A DNA stretch of 64,000 bases from Candidatus Nanohalarchaeota archaeon (lineage in GTDB: Archaea; Nanohalarchaeota; Nanosalinia; Nanosalinales; Nanosalinaceae), in the NCBI GenBank assembly GCA_022729235.1, contig JALDAJ010000001.1, positions 800,001-864,000 on the forward strand, read 5' to 3'. Within the stretch, counting starts at the first letter, position 1, and every line of letters starts with the position of its first letter. This document shows positions 37,183 through 48,500 of the stretch, in pieces. The notes under the pieces were generated by a model. The model searched no databases. It worked only from the letters and a program-made list of their open reading frames with translations, and was not told the DNA's origin. Position numbers and translations under genes: made by a program.

Positions 37183-37469
37183 CAACGCATACTGTAGATT
37201 GCTCCTCTACAAGCAAAGAAGCTGTTCAACAGGTATTGAATGAAAAAGAAGGATATCTAGTAACATCCTTTGAGGTTTCTGAGGGGAAAGTAATTTTTGA
37301 GTTCAGGGAAAGCAAAGCCAGGAATAATAATTATGTCTGGTTCGTTTCGGAGACGGATGAAGTAGAGGAGCACGTAGTAAATTACGAAGAACAGGGGTGG
37401 TCGCTTGTAGACTACTCTGTAGAGGAACAAGTTTACTTGCTTTTCCATAAAGGAGGTGAGAAGAGATGA
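37179..37469 (+). CDS. Hypothetical protein (duplicated GY/GW alpha-beta unit)
   Basis: Coupled ORF with EKEGYLV and EEQGWSL repeats. Confidence 0.55.
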   Translation: MTTHTVDCSSTSKEAVQQVLNEKEGYLVTSFEVSEGKVIFEFRESKARNNNYVWFVSETDEVEEHVVNYEEQGWSLVDYSVEEQVYLLFHKGGEKR

Positions 37470-37532
37470 AGGAAGTGCGCTCTCTTCCTTACATCTCTTT
37501 TTGTACCACGTCGGTGTCAGGGGGTGTAAGCT

Positions 37533-37829
37533 ATGGATTATCCTCTTTCGACTCCTTTTAAACTCTACTGCTGGACTCAAAGCAGTGTATACTACATCTT
37601 CTATGAACACTGTGAAGGCTATGAACGTCCCCATAAACTCGGTTTAGACCTTCTGTTGAGAGAAGTCAATCTATGTCCTGTCTGTGAAGGTTATGAATCC
37701 AGATTTCACAGGGGTCAGTGTAGGTTTACTGACTTTATTCTAGAGCTAGACGTTTTAAACGAAAAATATGACAGAAATAACAGGGTTCAAAGGGTTCATA
37801 ACCCCTCCATAGGAGGGGTTGTAGAATAA
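37533..37829 (+). CDS. Hypothetical protein with CPxC
   Basis: TAATG-coupled to MCM. Confidence 0.5.
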   Translation: MDYPLSTPFKLYCWTQSSVYYIFYEHCEGYERPHKLGLDLLLREVNLCPVCEGYESRFHRGQCRFTDFILELDVLNEKYDRNNRVQRVHNPSIGGVVE

Positions 37830-40090
37830 TGAGTAACAACCAGAAGCTGAATGAGAAAAGAAGAAAGATACTGAACTATCTGAAAAACAGTGGCGAGCAG
37901 ACAACCAAGAAAATCTTCGAAAACTCAGATACCGATTACAGTTCGAAAAACTCTCTCAATAATGCCCTGAATCGTCTCAAGAATCACGGATACCTGAAAA
38001 AGACAAATCCAAAAGGTCAATCAAATTACTGGAAACTTACAGAAAAGGGAAGAGAAGCAATATCTGCTAGAAAGATTGATGTAAAAGATAGTACTTTAGA
38101 ATATGGAGAATTAGTTAGAAGACTGGGAGATTTTGTACAAGAAAAATTACAGGATGATATTGCGCACGCTATCAAGAAAGATAAAAAATCTTGGATAGAG
38201 GTCAGTCTTCCAGACTTGGACAGATTCGATAAAGAAATAGTGAATAAATTGCTGAAAGACCCCGACACGGTACTAGAGGCATTTGAAGAAGTAGTAGAAA
38301 ATAGTTCTCTGGTAGGTAGAGAAGATTCTTTGGAAGTTAGGATTGTAGATTTGCCTGAAGAAGATACAGTAAAACTTTCAGAGATTTACAGCGAAAATAT
38401 AGGTCATTTCGTAGCGGTGGAAGGAATTATTACCAATAATATACTCTCAAAACCTGCAGTTAAATCAGGTATATTCGAGTGTGCAAAGTGTGGAGACCAG
38501 TACAAGAAAGAACAGGACTCCTCTCACCTAAAATCACCATATAAATGTGAATGCGGTTCTAGAAAATTTGAGGTTGTAGAAAAGATTCTGCAGGACACTA
38601 AGACAATTAGTATACAGGAGAGAACCAGCAAGCCGAATCCCAGGAAGCGTGAAGTATACCTGGAAGGCAGTCTAGCAAGAAATAAAGAATTAGAGAACGC
38701 CAGCCTTGGTTCTTTAATTAGAGTAAATGGTATTCTACGAGACCGTCCTCTCAAGAAAAATTCCAAGAAGCTAGAACCCTATATAGAGGCAAACTCTATT
38801 GAGTTCAAGGACAAGAACGAAGTGGAAGAAATAAGTGAGGAAATACAAGAACAAGTACAAGAATTATCTAAAAACCCTGAAATAAAAAGCAAGCTCAAGG
38901 AATCGGTAGCCCAAGGGAAAATCGGAGGTCTTGACCGTGTCAAAGAAGGATACCTACTTTATAGGCTTGGAAAATTTCCAGAAGGAGATATACATCTTCT
39001 GATAGCAGGAGAGCCAGGAGTCGGAAAATCTGAACTAGTTTCAACCAGCGCAGAAACACTTCCTAGAACAGTATATACGGTACTTGAAAATTCTACAAGT
39101 ACAGGTATTACCGCATCGCTCACTGAAGACAAGAAGAAAGGAGGATATGAAGTAAATGCTAACGCTCTTGTAAAAGCAGATGACGGCTTCTTTATAGGTG
39201 ATGAAGCAGGAAAATTTAACGACTCTTACAGTTGCTTCAATACGCCTATGGAGGATGGAGAAGTAAATAGGTCTGCAGGAGATAAGGATATTAGACTGCC
39301 TGCGAAGGCGTCTGTCTGTCTAGTTATGAATCCGTCAGACGTGAATGATAGAAGGTGGGATGGAAAGCCGTCAATAGATGATTTACCTGTAAGCTCTCAA
39401 AGTGATATTTTAAGCAGATTCCATCTCAAAATAGCTATACCCAGTCAGGAAATAGGGGGAAGTGACAGTTTACGGAGAGAAATTAGAAAGGCGGAGAAGG
39501 TTCTTTCATCTGATGAAAACAGAGCAGAGCTTGACCTAGATATTTACCGTGCATATCTTTCAGTAGCTGAAGATATAAATCCAGAAATCTCAGAGGAGGG
39601 TGAAGAACTTCTAAAACGTATCTATGTAGGACTATCATTAAAGAATTACACTTTATCTCCAAGGACTTTGATTGCGTTAAAGAGGATAGCAAAGGCGTAT
39701 TCAAGAATACGTTTGGAGAATAAAGTCTCTGAAGAAAGAGTAATAGAGGCTTACATATTCTGGAAAGAATGTCAAGCTACTCTCTATGAGGAGTTTAGAG
39801 AGGAAAAGCGAAGGGTCACAGAATCTAGTGGATTTCAGAAACAGAAACCGTCTCTATTAGGTGAACTTCTGGAAGTGCTCAGTAGAAATAATGGAAGAAT
39901 GAGGAAGGAGGACTTAAAGGAGGAGCTGGAGCTTGGGGGTTCGGAATCTAAACGGGAAAAAGTTTTTGGAGAGTTAATTGAAGACGCCTTGGAGCAAAAT
40001 GCAGTATCGGAAGAAGGACAGTTTATATATCTGGAAAAAGAGCCTGACTTTTTCGGAGGAGAAGTTGTAGAAATCTTGGAGAATATCTAG
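37829..40090 (+). CDS. mcm: MCM-family helicase of the mobile element, with N-terminal wHTH
   Basis: CAKCG..CECGS zinc finger, GEPGVGKS Walker A, FIGDE Walker B, SRF Arg finger, SPR sensor 2. Confidence 0.9.
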   Translation: MSNNQKLNEKRRKILNYLKNSGEQTTKKIFENSDTDYSSKNSLNNALNRLKNHGYLKKTNPKGQSNYWKLTEKGREAISARKIDVKDSTLEYGELVRRLGDFVQEKLQDDIAHAIKKDKKSWIEVSLPDLDRFDKEIVNKLLKDPDTVLEAFEEVVENSSLVGREDSLEVRIVDLPEEDTVKLSEIYSENIGHFVAVEGIITNNILSKPAVKSGIFECAKCGDQYKKEQDSSHLKSPYKCECGSRKFEVVEKILQDTKTISIQERTSKPNPRKREVYLEGSLARNKELENASLGSLIRVNGILRDRPLKKNSKKLEPYIEANSIEFKDKNEVEEISEEIQEQVQELSKNPEIKSKLKESVAQGKIGGLDRVKEGYLLYRLGKFPEGDIHLLIAGEPGVGKSELVSTSAETLPRTVYTVLENSTSTGITASLTEDKKKGGYEVNANALVKADDGFFIGDEAGKFNDSYSCFNTPMEDGEVNRSAGDKDIRLPAKASVCLVMNPSDVNDRRWDGKPSIDDLPVSSQSDILSRFHLKIAIPSQEIGGSDSLRREIRKAEKVLSSDENRAELDLDIYRAYLSVAEDINPEISEEGEELLKRIYVGLSLKNYTLSPRTLIALKRIAKAYSRIRLENKVSEERVIEAYIFWKECQATLYEEFREEKRRVTESSGFQKQKPSLLGELLEVLSRNNGRMRKEDLKEELELGGSESKREKVFGELIEDALEQNAVSEEGQFIYLEKEPDFFGGEVVEILENI

Positions 40091-40161
40091 ACAAAAACCC
40101 TTCCTTAAAGTGTCTATTTTGCTGGACACAGGTTTCTTCAAGTCTCGAATTAGAGAAGCTA

Positions 40162-40461
40162 TTGATGGAAGACCTTATCTCAGAATGGCGCAGTAGTCAA
40201 GTAGAAGTAGAACCAGAGACTGTGATAGGCTCTGAACACAGTTTGGAGGATATTAAAAAGCAAGTTCGGAAAATGTCAGAGGCGCAGAAGAAGAATTTTC
40301 TTTACAGGATGCTGGCGCAGACTCACGCCAAGGGCAGTAACACTACTAGAGAGGAGATGGAATCTATCATATTAACCACGATAAAAATTATGCGTCACTA
40401 CGAGTCCTTGAAGGCGCAGAGAGACAAGTTCTCTGAATCAGTTGAAGAAGTAGAAGGATAG
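40162..40461 (+). CDS. Hypothetical protein
   Basis: 99-aa ORF. Confidence 0.55.
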   Translation: MMEDLISEWRSSQVEVEPETVIGSEHSLEDIKKQVRKMSEAQKKNFLYRMLAQTHAKGSNTTREEMESIILTTIKIMRHYESLKAQRDKFSESVEEVEG

Positions 40462-40566
40462 AACTTAAATTTCCTTGTAGAGTTTCCTAGATGATTAAAG
40501 TGTCGGTTTGCGCCTACGCACCATTCTTAAAGTGTCGAATGGGAAAATAAACAGGTTTATTTTCAT

Positions 40567-41664
40567 ATGAATGAAGAAGACGTCGATGAAACCATAGATG
40601 AAATCTTTGATGATTATGCCCAGTACCAGGAAGAAAACTACATAGACTTCGACAAGTTCCTCAACCACTATCGAGGCGAACTCTCCAAGAACACCTTGGT
40701 TACCTACGGAAGAGCTTTGAAGTTCATCGACTTTGACCCTCTAGCAGATTCCCCAGAACCTGAGTGCCTGGATGAAGAAGAACAGGAAAAGTTTGACCTG
40801 TCGCAGTTTGAAAGTCTTTGGTCAAAGCGGAAAATGAAGGAAGTATGTGGGAAGGTTGACAAAAATCGTGCTACCAGGAACAGACAGTCGTACCTCTGCT
40901 GGCTCGCTCTCAAGAAATACTACAAAGCGGTAGGTGAAGCAGGGAGAATTGAAGAACTCCCGAATTCCTCTGATTTTGATAATAGAAGCAGTAGCGGAGA
41001 TACAAGCGATACTGATGACTATGTAAAGGTCAGTCTTGAGGAAAGCCAGATAGAACAAATGATGGATGTAGCAGATGAAAAAATGAAGAATGCGCTGATT
41101 AATCTTTACCACGGAGGTATGAGAAGCTATGAGCTACTTCACGCAACATACAAGTGGTACGATTTCTCTTTGGAGGGACGAATAGAGGTAGAAGTCCCAG
41201 CTAAGTATGCGAAAGGTCGCCGAGGGAATCGTTCCTCTGAAAAACTCTATATTAAAGAAGAGTTCCAGGAAGCTCTCCAAAACTACATTTTGGATGTTCA
41301 CAATTTCGATGGAAGTTACAGTGACTTTCTGAAACAGGTAGATGAGGGTAAGGAGCAGTATCTGTTCAACTTCAAACAGGAAACGAATAAGTCATTCAAA
41401 GATTTGAGGGTAGAACGCTGGCGTCTATGGGAGTCTATCCGCTCTGTGGCGAAGGATGCAGGTCTTAATGAGGAAGATGTGAAGAGCTTAAGCAGTCACG
41501 ATTTTCGCACGAACCAAATCCGAAAAGTCTATGACACCGTTAATGACCTTAAGAGGACTGCCCTGGTTGCACGGCACGCTTCATCGAATACTACAGAAAA
41601 ATTTTACCTAAACAAGGATGAGCAAGAAAAACTGGAAACCTACAAAGAAGCATTTGAAGAATGA
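40567..41664 (+). CDS. Tyrosine recombinase (Xer/Int-like)
   Basis: GMRSYE, K, HDFR, RH...TT..FY catalytic residues. Confidence 0.88.
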   Translation: MNEEDVDETIDEIFDDYAQYQEENYIDFDKFLNHYRGELSKNTLVTYGRALKFIDFDPLADSPEPECLDEEEQEKFDLSQFESLWSKRKMKEVCGKVDKNRATRNRQSYLCWLALKKYYKAVGEAGRIEELPNSSDFDNRSSSGDTSDTDDYVKVSLEESQIEQMMDVADEKMKNALINLYHGGMRSYELLHATYKWYDFSLEGRIEVEVPAKYAKGRRGNRSSEKLYIKEEFQEALQNYILDVHNFDGSYSDFLKQVDEGKEQYLFNFKQETNKSFKDLRVERWRLWESIRSVAKDAGLNEEDVKSLSSHDFRTNQIRKVYDTVNDLKRTALVARHASSNTTEKFYLNKDEQEKLETYKEAFEE

Positions 41665-41704
41665 AATGAAAAGTCATTTATCTTACTGTTTTGTGAATTA
41701 ATCT

Positions 41705-42268
41705 ATGAGTTTTGACCTTTCTAAAGAGTATTTTGAACAAGATACTGGTTTAGAAGAAAAAGAAAACCTATCAATTGAGGAAGCTCTACAAGAAGTAGAT
41801 AAGGTTGTCAGTACAACAGAACCAACAGGTTTGTCCTTTGGAACAGAAGACCACGTACTAGGTTTTGATTATGTGCCTGATGAAGATGAGTGGCGAGTAC
41901 TTGTAATCTGGCAAAACCAGGAGCGTGACGACCTCAGTCGTTCAGGACTACCAACAGAGATAGTGAAAGAAGTACTTCAAAAATATTCTGAAGATGGAGA
42001 ATGGTTGGAGATGCTGGAAAACTGGGAAGGACACGAAGAAGACGAAATAGTGGAATTGTTGAAGGAGAAAATAAAATCTACTGACTGGGAACTTAACACA
42101 GACTTCAATCCCGCTATGATAGAACTGAGAGCTGAAGACAACCAGTTCGTACTTGACCCTGACAAAGCAGAAACAGTAAACAAGGATGAGGTAGGAATAT
42201 CCATTAACTCACAGAATTACACAGTAATGCTCTCCCAAGACGGCTCAATACAATTTATAGAAGAATAA
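41705..42268 (+). CDS. Hypothetical acidic protein
   Basis: 187-aa ORF. Confidence 0.6.
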   Translation: MSFDLSKEYFEQDTGLEEKENLSIEEALQEVDKVVSTTEPTGLSFGTEDHVLGFDYVPDEDEWRVLVIWQNQERDDLSRSGLPTEIVKEVLQKYSEDGEWLEMLENWEGHEEDEIVELLKEKIKSTDWELNTDFNPAMIELRAEDNQFVLDPDKAETVNKDEVGISINSQNYTVMLSQDGSIQFIEE

Positions 42269-42336
42269 TGAAATCAACAACCTGAAAGCTAGAATTAAAG
42301 CTTAGCATTAAAACAAATTGACAATAGGGACAAAAA

Positions 42337-43242
42337 ATGGAAAGAAAAGACTACTTCTACATAACCAGTATCGCCTTCCTATTCCTAATAGTAGTCACAG
42401 GCTACAGCAGTAACTTATCAAGCGATGTGAAAAGCCTGACAGTTGACCCTGTAGCCAACACCTTAGACCAGACACAGACCTGTGAACTAGAAACCTCACT
42501 AAACATAGACGATGAAACAGTTATTGCTAATGTAACACACTTCAGTTCACCTGAAGAAGTAGCAATAGATAGCCACAAAGTCCGTTTGAAGGCTGAAGAA
42601 ATACAAGACCGTCATCACCGAACAGGAATCGAATACACCTGTGAAGAAGTATTCGAGGGAGAAGGAGAATACAGTTGTGAAATACAGGGAGAACCACAAC
42701 CTGAAACAGAACTAGGATTCGTCATCGAACCAGAAACTAACTACAACCCATTCCAAGACAGATGCGAATTTGAAGGACACCACCGTGACGAAGACATAGA
42801 ATGGATAAGAACAGAAAGTTACGCATCAGCAAACCCACAAACCAGCCTTGAAGTAACAGATGTAAACATAGATATTGAAGATGTCTCTTGGGGCGAAACA
42901 GTAACAGAAGCAGTAGAACACCTAGAAATCACCAACACAGGAAACACCGAAGTAGAAATATCCGCAACATTCCCAGACGAAGAACAACCAGAAAAACACC
43001 TAGAAAACGACAAAGGCTCAATCTTCCTCGGAGAACCAGGAATACAAGAACTAGAAACAGAAATATCGCCAGATGAAACAGAAGAAATAGCTGTATACTA
43101 CCAAGTAAGCCCACAACAAGAATCAGAAAAAGATGAAATAACTCCGATAAGAGAAACTGCATATATATTAGTAAACCCAGAACAACCGAATTCAATCGAA
43201 ACTGCGCAACAAAACTATACAGTTAGCATAGAAATAACATAG
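42337..43242 (+). CDS. Membrane-anchored extracellular Ig-like protein
   Basis: N-terminal TM/signal; LEITNTGNTEV Ig-like motif. Confidence 0.65.
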   Translation: MERKDYFYITSIAFLFLIVVTGYSSNLSSDVKSLTVDPVANTLDQTQTCELETSLNIDDETVIANVTHFSSPEEVAIDSHKVRLKAEEIQDRHHRTGIEYTCEEVFEGEGEYSCEIQGEPQPETELGFVIEPETNYNPFQDRCEFEGHHRDEDIEWIRTESYASANPQTSLEVTDVNIDIEDVSWGETVTEAVEHLEITNTGNTEVEISATFPDEEQPEKHLENDKGSIFLGEPGIQELETEISPDETEEIAVYYQVSPQQESEKDEITPIRETAYILVNPEQPNSIETAQQNYTVSIEIT

Positions 43243-43248
43243 CTTTAC

Positions 43249-43578
43249 TCAGTAAATTTCTGATGATTTCGCATCCGTACCTCTATACTTTTCAGGGACT
43301 TTCAGAGTGCCTGTAAGCACTTCCTCTGTCTCATTATCTTCGTCAGCTACTACTACGCTTATCTTCTCCGTTTCTTCAAATGGATACCTGTCAGGGTAAG
43401 TCTTCATTCCTTTCTTCTGGATTACGTTGGAGACTGTTTTCTTCCACTGCTTCTTTGAAAGAGATTTCAAGTCTTTATCTGTCTCTAAAACTGCTATGTT
43501 TAGGTATATTTCTTTATTCAGGTTAGGGTGAGGTCGCTCGTCCATCTCTTTCACGGCTCTTATCCAGGCAGTTTGCAT
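43249..43578 (-). CDS. Hypothetical protein
   Basis: 109-aa ORF. Confidence 0.5.
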   Translation of the reverse strand: MQTAWIRAVKEMDERPHPNLNKEIYLNIAVLETDKDLKSLSKKQWKKTVSNVIQKKGMKTYPDRYPFEETEKISVVVADEDNETEEVLTGTLKVPEKYRGTDAKSSEIY

Positions 43579-43784
43579 CAGTTACGACTTCTTTCGACTC
43601 ATTAAAAATCTAGTCCCGACACGTCGGGGAACAGTCTTGAAACCTGTATTAACAGGATTGAAATCTATTTTAGAACGGTTGATTCTTCGTGCGTGCGCCT
43701 CGCCGAAGGTCTGGGGTATGTAACTAGGGGTAGGGCGTGTTTCAGGTCACGTAATTTTTAACTCTGGTAATCTCACCGAAGGTT

Positions 43785-45551
43785 ATGAGTAAGGCGCAAA
43801 GTTTCCAAGAAGTTGTAACTAAACAAGTTAAATTCAAGATTCCTGAGTATCAGAGAAATTATTCCTGGACTGAGGAAGAGTTCCAAGACCTGTGGAGAGA
43901 CCTAAACAACGTGATGGATAACAGAGAGGCGGAAGGAAACGGGAGAAACCATTTCTACGGGATGTTTCTCTTTGAAACTGAGGATAATGTTTACAAGATA
44001 ATAGATGGACAGCAGAGAATCACTACGGCAATCATCTTCTTGAATGAAATCAAGAACAAGCTAGCTGAGCAAGGATACGATACCGAGGCTGAAAAGATAA
44101 AACAGGGCTACATAAAAGACATCAACGGCTACAAACTCCAGCTTGGAACAGATGAGGATGACCTTGTATTGAAGGACAATATACTAGGTAAGAAAGTTGT
44201 TGACAGGGATATAGAAGTAATATCTGACTCTCCTTCTCAGAACAAGCTCTTGAGAGCCAAGAAGTTCTTCAGGGAAAAACTGGAGGACAAGGACAAAGAA
44301 TACCTTCTAGACTTGAAGGAAGAGATAACTAAATTAGAAGTCCTTACGTATGAAGTAGAGTCTATTATCCGTGCAGTAAAGATTTTCGAAACCGCCAACG
44401 ACAGAGGACGAGACCTTACAGTCCTGGACAAGACCAAGAGCTTCCTAATGCTACAAATCTATCTCAACAACCACGAAGGAGAAGAAACAGCAATAAAGGA
44501 AGAAATAAATCTTCTACAATCCAGATTCGGAGATATATACGGTAAAATTGAAGAGATTAATCAGGATAGCCACTGGGGAGACCTATCCGAAGACAACATT
44601 CAAAGATTCCACTACATTCTATGGGACACTGAATGGAGCTCAAGCAGAGGAGAAAGATACCACCAGAACCTGCTAGAAAACCTGAAGCAGAAAATCAGAG
44701 AAAGTGAAACGCCTTTAGAGGATATTGAAAATTATTCGAAGCAGTTAAAGACCGCTTTTGTGGCGCAGGAACAACTGACGAAGAAATCTGAGGATAGCAG
44801 AGAAAAGTACCTGATTAAACGGATGGAACTTATGGGAAGTATGGGTAATATCAGACCCTTGCTACTGGCTCTGCGCCTCAAGAAAGATTCTCTAGGAGAA
44901 GACAACTATATCGAAATTCTAGAGCTAGTAGAGACACTAGCGGTCAGGATGTATTCAATTCTTCAAAGACCTGCCTACACTGCTAGATACAAGATATACA
45001 ACCTGGCTAGAGATGTTTACCAGGAAAACGTTTCAGTAGAAGAAATCAAAGAAAAACTGATAGATATAATAGAGGATAAAGCAAGTGATGAAGCAGTAAG
45101 AGAAGCTCTTACAGAGGAATACGATGATTTCTACAAAGACTTTGGGAAACAGGAAATCAGGTTTTTACTCTACTTCTATGAAGAACACAAACAGACAGAG
45201 TCGGACAGACAGAAAATGCCTTTCAACTTGGAAGAATGGGTGAACGGAAAACTAGTCGGCGCAGACAAAGATACAAACATAGAAGTTGAACATATCCATC
45301 CACAGTCTCCGAACGAAGACCTAGACCTAGAGGAAGATAAACACAGGCTCGGAAATCTTTCAATTCTACCTGAAGGAGAGAACAAATCACTTCAGAACGC
45401 AGTTCAAGCCGACAAAGAAGAAGCATACAAACACGTAAACCTAGATATGAATAAGGACATAGTTCCCGATTTAACTGACTGGGGCAAAGATACAATTGAG
45501 AACAGAGAAGAGGAGATAGTTAATCATATCTTGGAACGCTGGAGCTACTAA
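43785..45551 (+). CDS. DUF262 + DUF1524 (HNH) GmrSD-like type IV restriction protein
   Basis: IPEYQRNYSW, IDGQQRITT, IFET.NDRG, EHIHPQ...LGNL. Confidence 0.92.
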   Translation: MSKAQSFQEVVTKQVKFKIPEYQRNYSWTEEEFQDLWRDLNNVMDNREAEGNGRNHFYGMFLFETEDNVYKIIDGQQRITTAIIFLNEIKNKLAEQGYDTEAEKIKQGYIKDINGYKLQLGTDEDDLVLKDNILGKKVVDRDIEVISDSPSQNKLLRAKKFFREKLEDKDKEYLLDLKEEITKLEVLTYEVESIIRAVKIFETANDRGRDLTVLDKTKSFLMLQIYLNNHEGEETAIKEEINLLQSRFGDIYGKIEEINQDSHWGDLSEDNIQRFHYILWDTEWSSSRGERYHQNLLENLKQKIRESETPLEDIENYSKQLKTAFVAQEQLTKKSEDSREKYLIKRMELMGSMGNIRPLLLALRLKKDSLGEDNYIEILELVETLAVRMYSILQRPAYTARYKIYNLARDVYQENVSVEEIKEKLIDIIEDKASDEAVREALTEEYDDFYKDFGKQEIRFLLYFYEEHKQTESDRQKMPFNLEEWVNGKLVGADKDTNIEVEHIHPQSPNEDLDLEEDKHRLGNLSILPEGENKSLQNAVQADKEEAYKHVNLDMNKDIVPDLTDWGKDTIENREEEIVNHILERWSY

Positions 45552-45599
45552 ATGACTTCACTGGAAAGAATTAAAACCAATTTTGTGTGATGTAGTATT

Positions 45600-48500
45600 A
45601 TGCCGTATTCGAAGATAACTTCTTCAGATATAGCGAATTGGGACTCTATAGATAAAATCGCTGAATCTCTAGAGAAAAGAGGCTTGGAGCGTGAAAAGAA
45701 TCTTTCAGAACACGACGATGAAATTGTATTGAGAATAAATGACGACGAATTTGTTGCTGTAGTGAAGGCAGAGGAAGGAAAGAAAGCATCGGATTATCGA
45801 ACCAGAATGGACTCAGCAAGGCACACACAAGTTGTTTCTACCACAGATTTCGAAAACTTTACTTTCACAAGCAGAAGACGTTCCTGGGATAAACACGGAC
45901 GAATTCAATACCAGAAATTCTCCTTCAGCAAAGACCAGTTCACAGGACGTGGAGAAAAAAGGTCAGTCCTAGAAAAACTCAACAATATAGAATATGGTGA
46001 CTCTAGAACTATAGACCAGATTTACGAAACACAGAAAGTTGTCAAGAAATTCTACGACGAGTTCGAAGAAATTAAAGCTGAGATGGTCAGAAATGTAGAG
46101 AATATACCTGAAGACAGAGGAGATGCAAAACAAAATTACGCTCAGACTATTTTTGACCGACTGATTTTCCTTTACTTTATCCAAGAGAAAAAGCTTCTAG
46201 ACTACAAGAAGGACTACCTCAGACGACATCACGAAAGAATTACAGAAGAAGGTGAAGATGTATACGAGGAATTTTACGAACCATTATTCTTCAAACTGTT
46301 ATCTGAAGGAGCAAAAGATACTGAGTTCGGAGAATTACCGTACCTGAACGGAGGGCTTTTCAGCAAGACGAGAATCGAAGAAGAATTCCCAGAAGCAAGG
46401 CTTGGAAGCGGTGTGGAAGAAACCAACGAACTATTCGAAGAAATACTTGACTTCCTCGACAGTTGGAACTGGCACGCTGACGAAAGATTAGATATAGTAG
46501 ACCCGAACAGAGTGAGTCCAGAACTTCTCGGGCATATTTTCGAGAAAACAGTCAATCAGAAAGAAATGGGGGCATACTACACGCCAGAAGAAATCACCCA
46601 TTTTATGGCGAGAAACTCCATTCATCCATATATTATAGACAGGCTGAATGAGAAATTCGATACTAACTACGAAGAAATAGACGAAGTATTCAACTTAGAC
46701 GAATATGAGGAAGACGAAGAAACTTACGAACACGATGAAACGAGAATCGGAGAACTGGACGGAATAAACCGAGAAGAAGTAGAACATCTCTACTTCGAAG
46801 TTCTTGAAGACCTGAAGGTTCTCGACCCTGCAGTAGGTTCTGGAGCATTCCTGCTCGCAGCCCAAGAAGTCCTACTAGACGTATACCTTTCCTGCATCGA
46901 ATATTTCCAGAAGCTCGACGAAGAACAGAAATGGGAGATGACACCGCAAATAACGGAGTTTGTCCAGGAGCTAGAGGAAGGAACGCAGAGCGAATCGATG
47001 CACGCCAAGAGAGAAATTATTCTACAGAACCTCTACGGTGTCGATATTGACAGAGGGGCAACAGAAATCTGTAAGCTCCGACTATGGTTATCAATTGTCG
47101 CAGACCTCGAAGAAGGGAAAGACCCGACAGAAGTTGAAACTCTCCCGAACATCGATTTCAATATCAGACAAGGAAACAGTCTTGTCGGTTTTACACAGCC
47201 ACTGGACAAAGCTCTTGACGGCGGCTCTAGTGGTCAGAACACCCAGTCCAGCCTTCATCATTTTAATGAAGACTCCATAAAGGAGAAATACGAAGACATT
47301 ATTGACGCAATTGAGAAGCATAAACGTGCAGATAGCAGTAAGGAGGCAGAAAAATATAGGAAAGATGCAGAAGAACTTCTTAGCAAATATAGAAGTGAAC
47401 CTAACCAGAAGATAAAGAAGCAGTTTGAAAATGCGGGGGCAGAGGTTGATAAAGATACAATAGAAGACTTCTCTCCGTTCCACTGGGTTTTAGAATTCGC
47501 TGAGGTTTATTCTGAGGGCGGATTTGATGTAATTGTCGGAAACCCGCCTTGGGAACAGCTTAAACCGCTGAGAGATGAGTATTTCGAACAGTTCGATGCT
47601 ACATTTAGAGGTCTAAAACCTGATGAAAAGAAGGAGAGGAAGAAAGAGCTATTGGAAGACCCTGAAATCGAAGCGGGATGGGAAGAATACCAGAGAGAAA
47701 TAGATATTCAATCCACCTACTTTAAGAAATCGGGCGTGTATCAATTCCAGCAGCCAGTTGTAGATGGCAGGAAGCACGGGACGGAGAGAGAGCTAGCTGC
47801 TCTATTTTTGGAGAGAGTTTTCTCTTTAGCGGATGAAGAAGGTTATGTATCTCAAATTTTACCTGGAAAAATCTGGAATGGTAGTTCAGCGAAAGATTTG
47901 CGGATGCATTTGCTTAACGGAACGAACATCCGTTCTCTGGTAACGTTTGAAAATAAAGGAATATTCAGCGATATACATCCTCAATATAGATTTGGAGTAG
48001 TTGTGTTTGAGAACCAGGACGAGACTGAAGAATTAGAAGGTATTTTCGGACAAACAGAAACTGATATTCTAGAGAGATTAGATGACGCTAGTGTCCAGAT
48101 TCCAAAAGAAGTTCTGGCTAAATTTTCACCAGAAGCTCGCACTTTCCCAACCATTAAGTCAGAAGAAGATGTCAAAGCTCTCAAGCCTATCTTAGATTAT
48201 CCGCCTATAGGGGATGATATAGAGAATAAGTGGGTCGTGCAAAGCTATAGAGAACTAGACAGAACGAATGACTCAGATAGATTTGTTGAAAAAGAAAAAG
48301 GCGATTATCCAATATACAGCGGAGGCAACATCTTCCAGTTCTGTTACAAAGATGTAGATGGAATTAGTCTGGAAGACACTGAATTCTGGAGTGTTGATGA
48401 AGAAAAAGACCCTGAAGTGAGTGCAAAGAGAAGAATCAGAGAGAAGAACACCTTGGAGCTAAAGAAGCAACTATACCAGGCTTTCGATGGAAGTGGTTCT

